Counted from the stretch's first letter, positions 20,348 to 30,549 are shown. The stretch is 64,000 nt of DNA from an uncultured delta proteobacterium (GCA_963839305.1 CAWIUL010000011.1:2505561-2569560), one strand, 5' to 3'. The notes: generated by a model not told the origin, from the letters alone. Made by a program: numbers and translations.

Positions 20348-20623
20348 GGCCTCGATACGATACGCGAGTTACCGGCTTCCGAATCGACGCCGAGCTGAAT
20401 CGGCCCCGTCGAGCCTCAGCTGCGCAAGACCGACCTCGACGCGGTCGTGACGGACGCGACCGACGGCGGCTCGTTTGCGCGAAGAGGTCGCGCTCGAGTC
20501 CGCGATCGGCGAGGGACGCGCGTGACCTTGGACCTACCCCTCATGGGTGTCGCGGATTGATCCCACTGCCCGCGCGATCACGTCCGTGCGCTACAATGAC
20601 CGCATGCGGTTCGGGGCGGGCAC

Positions 20624-21043
20624 GTGATCCACTGGGGCGTGCGCTTGGCTCTTCTCGCTGTCGCGCTCGGCTGTGGCGGCGAGACGACGAGCGCGCCCGA
20701 TGCTTCGACTGACGCAACGACCGACGCGCACATCACCGACGCCATCAGCTTTGGTGACCTTTCCGTCGCGCCGTCGCCCGACGCGGCGCTCGTCGACGTC
20801 AACGTTCCGCTGGACGACGGCGGCGGTCTCTTCGCATGCGACAATTCCACGTGCGACGGCCGCACGCAGTATTGCGATACGTCATCCGTCGGCCCTCCAG
20901 GACCGGCCTACTGCGCTCCATTGCCCGACGGGTGCGTCCCTGCGAACTGCAATTGCCTCCCGAATGCCAACTGGGGCGCAGGCTGCTCGTGCGAGCACGC
21001 CGCTACGGGCGACGGTTTGATCGCCGGCTGTCAGGCCCCGTAG
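20624..21043 (+). CDS. Small Cys-rich lipoprotein, hypothetical
   Basis: Signal and lipobox VRLALLAVALGCGG. 11 Cys in the mature part (CDNSTCDGRTQYCD...CVPANCNCLPNANWGAGCSCEH). Confidence 0.5.
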   Translation: MIHWGVRLALLAVALGCGGETTSAPDASTDATTDAHITDAISFGDLSVAPSPDAALVDVNVPLDDGGGLFACDNSTCDGRTQYCDTSSVGPPGPAYCAPLPDGCVPANCNCLPNANWGAGCSCEHAATGDGLIAGCQAP

Positions 21044-21049
21044 CTCCCC

Positions 21050-21126
21050 TGGCGCGCCACAGAGGATTCGAACCTCTGACCTACGGCTCCGGAGGCCGTC
21101 GCTCTATCCAGCTGAGCTAGTGGCGC
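21050..21126 (-). tRNA. tRNA-Arg (anticodon CCG)
   Basis: Reverse complement GCGCCAC-TA-GCTCAGCTGGATAGAGC-G-ACGGC-CTCCGGA-GCCGT-AGGTC-AGAGGTTCGAATCCTCT-GTGGCGC-G-CCA. Cloverleaf with a 7-bp acceptor, CCG in loop positions 34-36, TTCGAAT T-loop and encoded CCA. Confidence 0.9.
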
Positions 21127-21179
21127 AGACGCGCGGACGATACCACGGACGCCGAAAAGCAGCCCGATCGGACACGCCT

Positions 21180-22601
21180 TCAGCGGAAGAATAGGCGCGC
21201 GAGCGTGCCCGTGTAGAGGACTCGGCCGCCGTGAGCGGCCATCCCGCGGTCGAGATCGCCGTGGGCCTTGCGCGCGACGAGGACGAGCTTCGCATCCGGG
21301 TAGAGCGATTCCCAACCGGGCTTCGCGAACGAGAACGTGCCCATCGCGCGCGCTTGCGCCGTGTCCAGGAGCTCGAAGCGAACGTCGAACTGCACGCGGC
21401 CGCGGAGCTCTGGCAGGTACCAGAGCGCCCAGTCCGCGAAGTAGTCGCTGATCGCCACGGTCGACTCGGGGTGGTCCGCGGCAGCCTTCGCAAGCACGGG
21501 GAGCACATCGCGCGGGTACTCGCGCTCCAGGCTGTCGTCGCTGATCGCGTACAGGCGCACCGCGAGCGCGAGGAACACGATCGGTCCCAGGTACCGCATC
21601 GCGCTCGCCACGCGCGCGAGCACGCGCCCCTCGCGAATCGCCGAGACCGAGTCGAGCATGCACGGCGCATAGGCCGCGATCGCGAGCCCGAACCACTGGA
21701 GGTGTCGGCTCGCTTGGAGCGGCGCGACCGCGGTGAGCGCGAGCACGAACGTCTCGAACGGCGCCGGACGGCGCTCCTTCTTCCAGTGCACGAAGGCGAG
21801 GAGCGCGACCGTGACGAGCGCGACGGCGAAATACGGAACGTCCGACGGCCAGTTGACGCGGTTCCACTCCTGGATCGGAAGCTCGCGCGCGGGGTCTTGA
21901 AGGCGGCCGATCTCGCGAAAATATCGGGGGAGCGCGAGCGCGTAAGGCGAGCACAATGGCGTCGGCGCCGCGAGCGCCCCGAGCAAGATCCCGCGGCCCG
22001 CGCGCCTTCCATCGCGCGCGCGAAGACCCTCGAGCACGTCGAACGCGCCGCGAAGGCCCACGAACAGCGCGCCCAAGATGACGACGCCGTGGAGATTCGC
22101 CCAGACGCACAATATCGGGATCGTCCAGAACACGCGCAGCGAGGGCCTTCGCGCGTCGGAGCCGAGGAGGACGAGCAGCGCCGCGAAGCCGACCAGCGAG
22201 AACATCTGCGGCCTCAGCGTGAAGAACGTGGCGCCGAGCGCGAAGCCGGCGACGCCGTAGACGAACGTCGCCGCGAGGCTCGCGCCGTTCTTCAGCGCGT
22301 GGCGCGCGCAGATCCCGAACGTCGCGCCCGTGACGAGCCCCTGCATCACGATCGCGAAGCGAAGACCCGCCGCGCGCTCGGCCAAGTAGATGAGGAGCTG
22401 CGCGAGCCACTGCTGATCCGTCCACGTCTTGCCGAGCGTGCCCGCGGTGAGCGCGTCGACGTGCGGGAGCCCATGAAGGGCGATCTCACGCCCGCAGACG
22501 AGCGCGAGCCACACGTCCGTCGAGAGGAAGCGCCACGGCTGAAAGACGATGAACGCGGCGGCGACGCTCGCGACGGACACCCAAGCCCATTTCACGTTCA
22601 C
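21180..22601 (-). CDS. Polytopic membrane protein, paralog A of a tandem pair (possible GT-C-like fold)
   Basis: GTG start near 22601 (VNVKWAWVSVASVAAAFIVF). Aligns along its length with the neighbour (LALVCGR..GLPH..D.L.A.T.GK.W.DQQWL.QL, WANLHG/WANVHA, FVPW..RRERPP.FE). The long 5' extension in the track is junk. Confidence 0.6.
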   Translation of the reverse strand: MNVKWAWVSVASVAAAFIVFQPWRFLSTDVWLALVCGREIALHGLPHVDALTAGTLGKTWTDQQWLAQLLIYLAERAAGLRFAIVMQGLVTGATFGICARHALKNGASLAATFVYGVAGFALGATFFTLRPQMFSLVGFAALLVLLGSDARRPSLRVFWTIPILCVWANLHGVVILGALFVGLRGAFDVLEGLRARDGRRAGRGILLGALAAPTPLCSPYALALPRYFREIGRLQDPARELPIQEWNRVNWPSDVPYFAVALVTVALLAFVHWKKERRPAPFETFVLALTAVAPLQASRHLQWFGLAIAAYAPCMLDSVSAIREGRVLARVASAMRYLGPIVFLALAVRLYAISDDSLEREYPRDVLPVLAKAAADHPESTVAISDYFADWALWYLPELRGRVQFDVRFELLDTAQARAMGTFSFAKPGWESLYPDAKLVLVARKAHGDLDRGMAAHGGRVLYTGTLARLFFR

Positions 22602-22615
22602 GCGAGGCGAGCGTA

Positions 22616-24001
22616 TCACCGCCGCACGAGCAGCGCGTCCGCACCTTCCCAGAGAACCTTCGCGCCCGGCTCCGCGCGTAGACCGCTCGCGAGCGCGGCG
22701 TGATCCTTCTTCGACACGAGCGCGATCGGCGCGTCCGGATAGAGCGCTCGAAAGCCCGGCCGCGCGAAGAGGAATCGCCCGAGATCGCGGGCCTGTTCGC
22801 GATCGAGGAGCTCGAGGCGCGAGTCGAGCTCGACGCGGCCCTCGAGCTCGGGCGCACGCCAGAGGACCCAATCGGCGAGGACGTCCGACGTGATGACGCG
22901 CGCCGCGGGCTCGGCGCCCATCGCGGCGCGGAGCGGCTCGAGCGCGCCGACGGGGTACATCCGCTCGAACCCTCCGCGAGGGATCAGCGCGAGACGAACG
23001 AGCCCCGCGAGGAGCACGACGGGCGCGAGCCGAACGACCCACGCGACCACGCGGATCTCGCGAGCCTGAATCGCCGGAACGCGCGCGAGGAGGAGCGGCG
23101 CGTACGCCGCGACGGCGATCCCGAACCACACCATGTGGCGCGCCGCGCGAAGCCCCGCGATCGCGCACGCGACGAGCACGATCGACTCGAACGCAGGCGG
23201 CCTTTCGCGCCGACGAATCCACGGCACGAAGACGAGACCGAGGACGAGCGCGACGATCCCGAACGTCACGAAGTCGTCCTTCGGCGGTAGCCACTCGATC
23301 ACCGGAAACTCGTGCGACGCTCCGAGGTGCGCGGCGTACGTCCTGAAATACGCGGGCATCTCGAGCGCGTAGGGCGTCGCGAACGGCGCCGCGACCGCGC
23401 CCGCGCAAAGGAGCGCGCCGCGCGCGAACCGCTTCTGCGCGAAATCGAACGCCGCGCGGAGCACGACCAGCCCCGAGCCGATCACGACGGCCGCGTGCAC
23501 GTTCGCCCAGAGCGCCAAGATCGGCCACACGAAATGCACGCGCTTACGAGGCGCGTCGAGATCGTCCCGCAAGAGAACGAGCAGCCCCGCGAACGCCACC
23601 ATCGAGAACGTCTGCGCGCGCAGGATCACGTAGCTCGAGTCGATGAGGATCATCCCGATCGCGCCGAGCAAGATCGCGTTCACCCCAGCGCCGCGTTTGT
23701 CGGCGAACCGCGCCGCGATCGCCGCCGCGGCGCCCACGACGAGCGCGTGCACACAGACGAGCAGCCACGGCCCGCCAAGACGCTCGACCGCCCAGAGCGC
23801 GAGCTGCCCGAGCCACTGCTGATCGACCCACGCCTTCCCCGCCGTCGCCGCCGCGAGCGAATCCCGATGCGGCAGCCCCTCGCGCGCGACGAGCCGCCCG
23901 CAGACGAGCGCCATGTACGCGTCGCTCCCCATGAGCTTGTAAGGCACGGCGAGCTCGGCAGCCCCGACCAACGCCCCCACGGCGAGCCACCGTTTCGTCA
24001 C
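22616..24001 (-). CDS. Polytopic membrane protein, paralog B of tandem pair
   Basis: 461-aa ORF from MTKRWLAVGALVGAAELAV. Roughly 35-40% identical by eye to paralog A, including the C-terminal soluble domain. Confidence 0.6.
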   Translation of the reverse strand: MTKRWLAVGALVGAAELAVPYKLMGSDAYMALVCGRLVAREGLPHRDSLAAATAGKAWVDQQWLGQLALWAVERLGGPWLLVCVHALVVGAAAAIAARFADKRGAGVNAILLGAIGMILIDSSYVILRAQTFSMVAFAGLLVLLRDDLDAPRKRVHFVWPILALWANVHAAVVIGSGLVVLRAAFDFAQKRFARGALLCAGAVAAPFATPYALEMPAYFRTYAAHLGASHEFPVIEWLPPKDDFVTFGIVALVLGLVFVPWIRRRERPPAFESIVLVACAIAGLRAARHMVWFGIAVAAYAPLLLARVPAIQAREIRVVAWVVRLAPVVLLAGLVRLALIPRGGFERMYPVGALEPLRAAMGAEPAARVITSDVLADWVLWRAPELEGRVELDSRLELLDREQARDLGRFLFARPGFRALYPDAPIALVSKKDHAALASGLRAEPGAKVLWEGADALLVRR

Positions 24002-24020
24002 GAAGCCAATTCAACCCCAC

Positions 24021-24062
24021 AAAAGCAAGAACGCCAAAACCTCTTCGGTCTTGGCGTTCTCG
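24021..24062 (-). terminator. Rho-independent terminator downstream of dnaK
   Basis: On the minus strand, GAGAACGCCAA-gaccgaagaggtt-TTGGCGTTCT (10-bp perfect stem) is followed by TTGCTTTTGTG. It lies 20 nt after the dnaK stop. Confidence 0.7.
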
Positions 24063-24081
24063 CGCTCGAAGCTCACGGCTC

Positions 24082-26010
24082 CTACGCGTTCTCCTCGAAC
24101 TCCGCGTCGATGACTTGGCCTTCCTTCTTGCCTTCGCCACCGGCCTTGCCGTCGCCGTTCGGCGGGCCGCCGCCGTCACCGCTCGGAGGCGGCGGAGCGC
24201 CCGGACCACCTTGCTGCGCGCCGTACATGACGCTCGCCATCCGGTGCGCCTCTTTCTCGAGGCGCTCGCTGACGCTCGCCACCTTCTCGTCGTCCTGCTT
24301 CTCGACCGCCTCGCGCCCCTCCTTGATGAGGGCTTCGAGCGACGCGACGTCGGACGCCTGGAGCTTGTCTTTGTGCTCGGTGATCGTCTTTTCGAGCGTG
24401 TAGCAGAGGTTGTCGAGCTTGTTGCGGCGCTCGACCTGCTCGCGGCGCTCCTTGTCTTCCTTCTCGTGCTCGGCCGCTTCCTTCACCATCTTCTGGATCT
24501 CGGCCTCGTTGAGGCCCGAGTTCGCCGTGATCGTGATCTTCTGATCCTTGCCCGTCGCGGTGTCCTTCGCGTGGACCGAGAGGATGCCGTTCGCGTCGAT
24601 GTCGAACGCGACCTCGATCTTCGGCACGCCGCGCGGCGCCGGCATGATCCCCTCGAGGTGGAACTTGCCGAGTGTGCGGTTGTAACGCGCCTCGGTGCGC
24701 TCGCCCTGAAGGACGTGCACCTCGACGCTCGGTTGCGAGTCGGTCGCCGTCGAGAAGATCTCCTTCTTCTGCGACGGGATCGTCGTGTTGCGCGGGATCA
24801 TGACGGTCATGACGCCGCCGAGCGTCTCGACGCCGAGCGAGAGCGGCGTGACGTCGAGGAGGACCATGTCCTTCACGTCGCCGCTGAGGACGCCGGCCTG
24901 GACCGCCGCGCCGACCGCCACGACCTCGTCCGGGTTCACGCCCTGGTGCGGGTCCTTGCCGAAGAACTTCTTCACCGTCTCTTTGACGAGCGGGATGCGC
25001 GTCGAGCCGCCGACGAGGACGACCTCGGCGATGTCCTTCGCGCTCTTCTTCGAGTCCTGCAGAGCCTTCTTCGTCGGCTCCATCGTCCGCTCGATGAGCT
25101 GACCCATCATCTGCTCGAGCTTGCTGCGCGACAGGCGCATGTCGAGGTGGACCGGGCCGCCGGGGCCGACCGTGATGAACGGCAGATTGATGCCGGTCTC
25201 CTGGACGCTCGAGAGCTCGATCTTCGCCTTCTCCGCGGCTTCCTTCAGGCGCTGGAGGGCCATCTTGTCCTTCGCGAGGTCGATGCCCTGGGCCTTCTTG
25301 AACTCCGCGATGAGCCAGTCGATGACGAGGTTGTCGATGTCGTCACCGCCGAGGTGCGTGTCGCCGTTGGTCGAGATGACCTGCACGACGTTGTCGCCGA
25401 CCTCGAGGATCGAGATGTCGAACGTGCCGCCGCCGAAGTCGTAGACCGCGATGATCTCGTCCTTCTTCTTGTCGAGGCCGTACGCGAGCGCGGCCGCGGT
25501 CGGCTCGTTCACGATGCGCTTCACCTCGAGGCCCGCGATGCGGCCGGCGTCTTTCGTCGCCTGGCGCTGCGCGTCGTTGAAGTACGCCGGGACCGTGATG
25601 ACGGCCTCGCTGACCTTCTCGCCGAGGTAGTCCTCAGCGGCCTTCTTGAGCTTCTGGAGCACCTTCGCGCTCACCTCTTGAGGCGACATCGGCTTGCCGC
25701 GGACGTCGAAGGCACAGTCGCCGTTCGACGCGCGCACGACCTTGTAAGGCACGCGCTTGGTCTCTTCGCCGATCTCTTCGAAGCGGCGTCCGATGAAGCG
25801 CTTCGCGGAGTAGATCGTGTTCTCCGGGTTGGTGACAGCCTGGCGCTTGGCGATTTGGCCGACGAGAACCTCACCCTTGTCGTCCCATGCAACGACGCTC
25901 GGCGTGATGCGCGAGCCCTCTTCGTTGACGATGACCTTGGGCTCTCGTCCCTCCATGATCGCCACGACGCTGTTCGTCGTTCCGAGGTCGATGCCGATGA
26001 TCTTGCCCAT
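24082..26010 (-). CDS. dnaK: Molecular chaperone DnaK (Hsp70)
   Basis: [37 protein letters not shown]. 642 aa, intact. Confidence 0.97.
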   Translation of the reverse strand: MGKIIGIDLGTTNSVVAIMEGREPKVIVNEEGSRITPSVVAWDDKGEVLVGQIAKRQAVTNPENTIYSAKRFIGRRFEEIGEETKRVPYKVVRASNGDCAFDVRGKPMSPQEVSAKVLQKLKKAAEDYLGEKVSEAVITVPAYFNDAQRQATKDAGRIAGLEVKRIVNEPTAAALAYGLDKKKDEIIAVYDFGGGTFDISILEVGDNVVQVISTNGDTHLGGDDIDNLVIDWLIAEFKKAQGIDLAKDKMALQRLKEAAEKAKIELSSVQETGINLPFITVGPGGPVHLDMRLSRSKLEQMMGQLIERTMEPTKKALQDSKKSAKDIAEVVLVGGSTRIPLVKETVKKFFGKDPHQGVNPDEVVAVGAAVQAGVLSGDVKDMVLLDVTPLSLGVETLGGVMTVMIPRNTTIPSQKKEIFSTATDSQPSVEVHVLQGERTEARYNRTLGKFHLEGIMPAPRGVPKIEVAFDIDANGILSVHAKDTATGKDQKITITANSGLNEAEIQKMVKEAAEHEKEDKERREQVERRNKLDNLCYTLEKTITEHKDKLQASDVASLEALIKEGREAVEKQDDEKVASVSERLEKEAHRMASVMYGAQQGGPGAPPPPSGDGGGPPNGDGKAGGEGKKEGQVIDAEFEENA

Positions 26011-26179
26011 GGTTGTGCCTTGCCCTTGTCCTTGAACGAAAAACTCTTGTGCCGCGCTGCTTGAAGCGCTGCGGTCACGCCGGGAAGCTAATCACCCCAC
26101 TCGTTGCGTCAACAGTCTCGGCACGATTCGTGAATTCACCGCAAATTCGAGGGATTTTCACGGTTTCCGCCATCGGCCG

Positions 26180-26208
26180 TTGCAGCGTCCGAACGCGGTT
26201 GGTAGGAT
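26180..26208 (+). promoter_or_regulatory. Candidate sigma70-type promoter for pcnB (TTGCAG-N17-TAGGAT)
   Basis: -35 at 26180..26185, 17-nt spacer, -10 at 26203..26208. It is followed by a 6-bp inverted repeat TCGCAC-cttg-GTGCGA (26221..26236) just before the ATG. Confidence 0.3.
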
Positions 26209-26242
26209 CAAAAGGACTTTTCGCACCTTGGTGCGACTTTCA

Positions 26243-27466
26243 ATGGCAAGGCAGAAGGACAACCTGCCGGCCCCTCCGGAGCTCCCCTCGTTCCGTGTGG
26301 AGCCGAGCGATGACGAACGAGAGCTCCGGACCAAGAGCGTCGCCGAAAGGCACGCTCAAACCGGTCTCGTCCGCCATGACGCATTCCTCGAAGAAGCGTC
26401 GATCGATCCCGACGCGGCGAAGGTCGTGCGTCGCCTCGAGCGCCACGGCTTCCAGGCGTACCTCGTCGGCGGTTGCATCCGCGATCTCCTCCTCGGCGGG
26501 CGGCCCAAGGACTTCGACATCGCGACGAGCGCCCGCCCCGAGGACGTCCGCGCGCTCTTCCGCAACTGCCGCGTCATCGGCCGCCGCTTCCGCCTCGCCC
26601 ACGTGCTCTTCGGCGGCGGCAAGGTGATCGAGGTCGCGACCTTCCGGAAGAACCCGCAGGAGCTCGAAGAAGAAGAAGCAGACCTCCTCATCCGGAGCGA
26701 CAACGTCTTCGGCGAGGCGCACGAGGACGCGATCCGCCGCGACTTCACGATCAACGCGCTCTTCTACGATCTCGAGCGCCGCCAGGTGCTCGACTGGTGC
26801 GGCGGCATGGAGGACATCGCCAAGCGGACGATCCGCACGATCGGCGAGCCCTCGGTGCGCTTCCGCGAAGACCCGGTGCGCATCCTCCGCGCGATCAAGT
26901 TCGCCGCGCGCCTCGATCTCGGCATCGAGCACAACGTCTACGACGCGATGATCTCGCACCGAGACGATCTCGCGCGCGCCGCGCGTCCGCGCGTCTTCGA
27001 GGAGGTCCTGCGCCTGCTCCGCCACGGCTGCGCGCACCGCGCGATGTGGATCATGTGGGAGTCGGGCGTCATGGCCGTGCTCATGCCGGAGCTCGCCGCG
27101 TTCCTCGACGACGAAGAGTCGCACCCCGAGGCCGTCTCGCGCTTCTGGCGCCAGCTCGACGCGCTCGATCGCACCACGCACGCGCGCGGCCCCATCGACG
27201 ACGTCGTCCTCATGACGACGCTCTTCTACGAGCCGATCCAGGAAGCCATGGCCGACTCGCGCGACCGCATGCGCGCCGCGTCGGACTTCCTCGTGCCGAT
27301 CTCCGAGCGCATCGCGCTCCCGCGTCGCATCCAAGACGGCATGCGCCGCATCCTCGCGCTCGTGCCGCGCCTCCGCGCGGGTCGCACGCCTCGCGCGGGC
27401 CGCAACGGCGAGATCATGACGCTCGCCTCGCGCGTCCTGGAGCTCACGCGGCCGATGGATGCCTGA
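26243..27466 (+). CDS. pcnB: Poly(A) polymerase I / tRNA nucleotidyltransferase family (PcnB-like)
   Basis: Start MARQKDNLPAPPE. Motifs GGCIRDLLLGGRPKDFDIAT, RRDFTINALFYD, PcnB-type RILRAIKFAARL. Confidence 0.8.
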   Translation: MARQKDNLPAPPELPSFRVEPSDDERELRTKSVAERHAQTGLVRHDAFLEEASIDPDAAKVVRRLERHGFQAYLVGGCIRDLLLGGRPKDFDIATSARPEDVRALFRNCRVIGRRFRLAHVLFGGGKVIEVATFRKNPQELEEEEADLLIRSDNVFGEAHEDAIRRDFTINALFYDLERRQVLDWCGGMEDIAKRTIRTIGEPSVRFREDPVRILRAIKFAARLDLGIEHNVYDAMISHRDDLARAARPRVFEEVLRLLRHGCAHRAMWIMWESGVMAVLMPELAAFLDDEESHPEAVSRFWRQLDALDRTTHARGPIDDVVLMTTLFYEPIQEAMADSRDRMRAASDFLVPISERIALPRRIQDGMRRILALVPRLRAGRTPRAGRNGEIMTLASRVLELTRPMDA

Positions 27467-29222
27467 GACCGATCGCGCGCCGCCGACCATCGATTCAGCG
27501 GCGGCGGCGGCGCATGTCGTAGCGGCCGTATCCGTTCCCGAGATCGCGTCCTCGTGGTCTCTCGGCGCGCTCCGCCGTGCGCTCCGTTGGGCGCTCTCCA
27601 AGCCAAGCGCCGGCGAGCGCGTGGACTGGCTGCGACGTGCTGCCGAGCGACGCCTCACCACCACGGACGTGCGCGCGACGTCGTGGTCCGCGGTGCTCGA
27701 TGACGTCGGACGTGGCGACGCTGCGGCTCGCGCGGCGGCGCTCGCGGCCGCCGCGGTCGATTTCTACGACGAGCTCGAGCGGCCCGACTGCCCGGCACGC
27801 CTTCGAGAGCAATGCGCGACCATCTTCGGGACCACGCTCGTTCCACGCGCCGAGGCCTACGAGAAGCGCCACGGCGCGAGCGCTCACGTCCTCGTCGGCG
27901 CCGCAGGCGCGCTCTGGGTGGTCGCGGTGCGAGACGACGCGGGCAACGCTCGTCACCCGGACGACCTCGCCGAAGATTTTCGCGCGTGCCTCTCGCACGA
28001 GGGCTCGGAGGATCACGTGCTCCGCGTCACGAGCCTCCGGCGGAGCGAGTCCGCGCCGCTCTGGACCAAGCTCGAAGCGGACGCCGAGTCCGCGGCTGCG
28101 CTGAGCGGCGCGCTCTTTTCGGTCTTCTTCGACGCCAGCGCGCCCACGTCGGTCGACGCGTGCGGCGCGCTCGCCCAAGCGGCGGCGCCGAGCAATCGCT
28201 GTCACTGGCACGCCCTTCAAATCGTCGCGTTTCGAAACGCGCGCGTCGCGCTCGTCGGCAACTTCACCGCCGGGGTCGAGGGCGAGGCCGCGTTCGAGCT
28301 GTGCAAGCGACTCTTGGCCGGAATGTCGGCGCGGCGCGAGCGCCGCAAGACCACCGCGCGACCGCCCGCGCGCCTCGAGTGGAAGCTCGACGACGAGACG
28401 CGGGCAGCGCTCGCGTCGACCCGCGATCGCGGCGTCGTCGACGCGGGCGGATTCGTCCGCGTGCCCGGCTTCGGCCACGCGCGCTGGAAGGAGCTCGACG
28501 TCTCACCCGAGGGCGCCACGGTCCTCGCGCTGCGCCTCGCGCTCGCGCGCGCCGGCGCGAAGCTCGACGCCATCGACTGCATGGTGAACATCGCGCACTT
28601 CGAGGAAGGGATCGCCACGCGCCTCAACACGGCCACCGCCGACGCGATGACATTCGTCGAGCTCGCGGACTCCTCGCCCGAGTCGGCGGAGTGCGCCGAG
28701 GCCGTCCGTGCCGCGCTCGACGCGCACCGCGCGCTCGTCCGTGAAGCGAAGCAGTTGTCCAGCGCCGAGCAGATGCTCCACTTCGCGATCCAGCGCCTAC
28801 GGCGCCTCGGCGCCCTCACGCGGCTCGTCGTCCGCCTCGCGGTCATTTGGGTCCTTTGGAGCGTCGTTCGCGTCGCCGACGATCCGCAACGGCGTCCGTG
28901 GGTCGCGCTCGACTCGAGCGTTCGTCACGTGCGTGGCGTCGCTGCGATTGGCCGTTTCGGGCTCTTCGCGCCGCCTCACACGCTCTGGGTTCACCACATG
29001 ATCGGCGAAGACGAGACGCGCCTCGTGATCCAGTCGAGCCGCGAGCAGCTCGTGAGCGCAAAGAAGCTCCAAAAGCTGATGCCCGCTGCGTTCGAGTCGA
29101 TCGCCGTCGCGGCCGCAAGACGAGCGAGCGCCTCACGCAGCGCGAGCCCCGCGCCCGTCGCGCCCGTCATCGCGGTCGGCCGCTTGAGAGGTTTGCTCAG
29201 TGCGGTCGCGGGCGCATCGTGA
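27459..29222 (+). CDS. Hypothetical protein (587 aa)
   Basis: Intact ORF, translationally coupled to pcnB (ATG 27459 overlaps TGA 27464..27466). No family confidently recognised. Confidence 0.5.
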   Translation: MPETDRAPPTIDSAAAAAHVVAAVSVPEIASSWSLGALRRALRWALSKPSAGERVDWLRRAAERRLTTTDVRATSWSAVLDDVGRGDAAARAAALAAAAVDFYDELERPDCPARLREQCATIFGTTLVPRAEAYEKRHGASAHVLVGAAGALWVVAVRDDAGNARHPDDLAEDFRACLSHEGSEDHVLRVTSLRRSESAPLWTKLEADAESAAALSGALFSVFFDASAPTSVDACGALAQAAAPSNRCHWHALQIVAFRNARVALVGNFTAGVEGEAAFELCKRLLAGMSARRERRKTTARPPARLEWKLDDETRAALASTRDRGVVDAGGFVRVPGFGHARWKELDVSPEGATVLALRLALARAGAKLDAIDCMVNIAHFEEGIATRLNTATADAMTFVELADSSPESAECAEAVRAALDAHRALVREAKQLSSAEQMLHFAIQRLRRLGALTRLVVRLAVIWVLWSVVRVADDPQRRPWVALDSSVRHVRGVAAIGRFGLFAPPHTLWVHHMIGEDETRLVIQSSREQLVSAKKLQKLMPAAFESIAVAAARRASASRSASPAPVAPVIAVGRLRGLLSAVAGAS

Positions 29223-29550
29223 CCTGCTGAAGAATGTGCAAGCACGCGTTCGCTTCACGCCCGGTCACGACTCCGTCCGAGGTCACGCTCGAAGTGCAAT
29301 CTCGCACGCGCAAGATCGCGAGGTCGAGGTTCGCGCGCGAGTCGTCCGAGAGGCGCGATGTGTTCTTGTGCGCCAAATCGACGTACCAGTTCACGAGCTT
29401 TCGGAAGTTGTCCGACGACATGGGAAACACGAGCGGCGGAGGCTTCGTCTCCGGCATGGCCGGGTGAGGAGTCGCCGCGTGCTGGCTGTACGCAGCTCCA
29501 GCGAACGTGACCGCCGCGAGCGCGGTCGCAAGCACGAGGCGCGCTTTCAT
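29197..29550 (-). CDS. Small secreted hypothetical protein
   Basis: Signal peptide MKARLVLATALAAVTFAGAAYS, 117 aa. Its start overlaps the upstream stop by 4 nt. Confidence 0.45.
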   Translation of the reverse strand: MKARLVLATALAAVTFAGAAYSQHAATPHPAMPETKPPPLVFPMSSDNFRKLVNWYVDLAHKNTSRLSDDSRANLDLAILRVRDCTSSVTSDGVVTGREANACLHILQQVTMRPRPH

Positions 29551-30539
29551 TCGGGCTTGCTCACGCTCGGAGCGTTGTCCGACGCGCCCATCTCACCGAC
29601 GACGATTTGACACCCTTTGTCGGCAGCGTGGAGCGACACCATCGCCTGATACCCGTCCTTCATGTACCAGCGCCCGAGCTCGTGCTCCTGATCGCGGTAG
29701 GGGTTATCGACGATGATCCACCCGCGCTTGTCCATCTCTTGATCGTATTGCTTCAGCGCGACCTCGGGTGCGTCGCTCGACTGATAAATACGTGCGGCAT
29801 AGGGAGCGCCCATCGCGAGCGCGGTGAAGCGTCGCTCCGAGTGCGCCGGACGCGGAAGGACCGCCGGATCGGACCCAGGCGCGTCACCCGGTCGATCGGA
29901 GACGATCTCGCGCAGGTTGAACTTACCCTCGGTCCACACGGTCTGAACGAGCGTGTTGCCGCTCTTCGCGCGCGACACGTGGACGTATCGCATGTTGCCG
30001 AGGTCGCTGATGTCGCCGGTCTGCCCGAACGTGCGAATGGCGTCGAGGAACGGGGTCGTCTGCTTGCCGTCGCGCGTGAAGCACATGACCATCCCGTCGT
30101 GCCTGGCCTCGTCGTCCTTGCGCATCACGCCGAGCTTGTTCAACCCCGCCTTGCTCGCGCCGGGAATCGGGCGGCCCTTCACGTTGGCGAGGTCGCGCCA
30201 CTGGGTGTCCGAGAACGCCGTGTCGCGGTTGCAAAACGCCTCGAAGCGATCGAGCACGGCCGAGGGCGAATCGGTCGTCGACGAGTTCGCGATGTAGATC
30301 GGCTGGTTGTTGATGTTGACCGCGTTGACGTTCGTGAGGAGATCGGCGACGTCGGCCAAGTCGCGTCCCATCTTGAGGCTCTCGTCCTTCGCGTTCGCGT
30401 AGGCGCTACGTACGGTCAGCGCCCCCAACCCGAGCGAGACGAAGGTGCCATACGCGACGACGCGGGACACACCCATCCATCGCTTGAGCGAGGCGCTCTT
30501 CCCACGACGACGACCGAGCAACCACATCTGAAAAAGCAT
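29547..30539 (-). CDS. Hypothetical membrane-anchored protein (first gene after the Tad pseudopilin block)
   Basis: ATG at 30539 preceded by GAGGAG. N-terminal TM segment VVAYGTFVSLGLGALTV. The upstream ORF-track extension is Arg/Thr-rich junk. Confidence 0.5.
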   Translation of the reverse strand: MLFQMWLLGRRRGKSASLKRWMGVSRVVAYGTFVSLGLGALTVRSAYANAKDESLKMGRDLADVADLLTNVNAVNINNQPIYIANSSTTDSPSAVLDRFEAFCNRDTAFSDTQWRDLANVKGRPIPGASKAGLNKLGVMRKDDEARHDGMVMCFTRDGKQTTPFLDAIRTFGQTGDISDLGNMRYVHVSRAKSGNTLVQTVWTEGKFNLREIVSDRPGDAPGSDPAVLPRPAHSERRFTALAMGAPYAARIYQSSDAPEVALKQYDQEMDKRGWIIVDNPYRDQEHELGRWYMKDGYQAMVSLHAADKGCQIVVGEMGASDNAPSVSKPE

Positions 30540-30549
30540 GGCCCTCTCC

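Noticed and set aside
21050-24001. Possible integrative element at tRNA-Arg (tandem paralogous genes right next to a tRNA)
   Set aside because: No integrase, recombinase, excisionase or phage genes, and no direct repeat of the tRNA 3' end was noticed. The paralogs look like ordinary chromosomal membrane proteins.
26011-26243. Searched upstream of dnaK for a CIRCE element (TTAGCACTC-N9-GAGTGCTAA) or sigma32 promoter
   Set aside because: No CIRCE match. CTTGAA-like hexamers occur, but only on the wrong strand and without a CCCCAT -10, so no claim is made.
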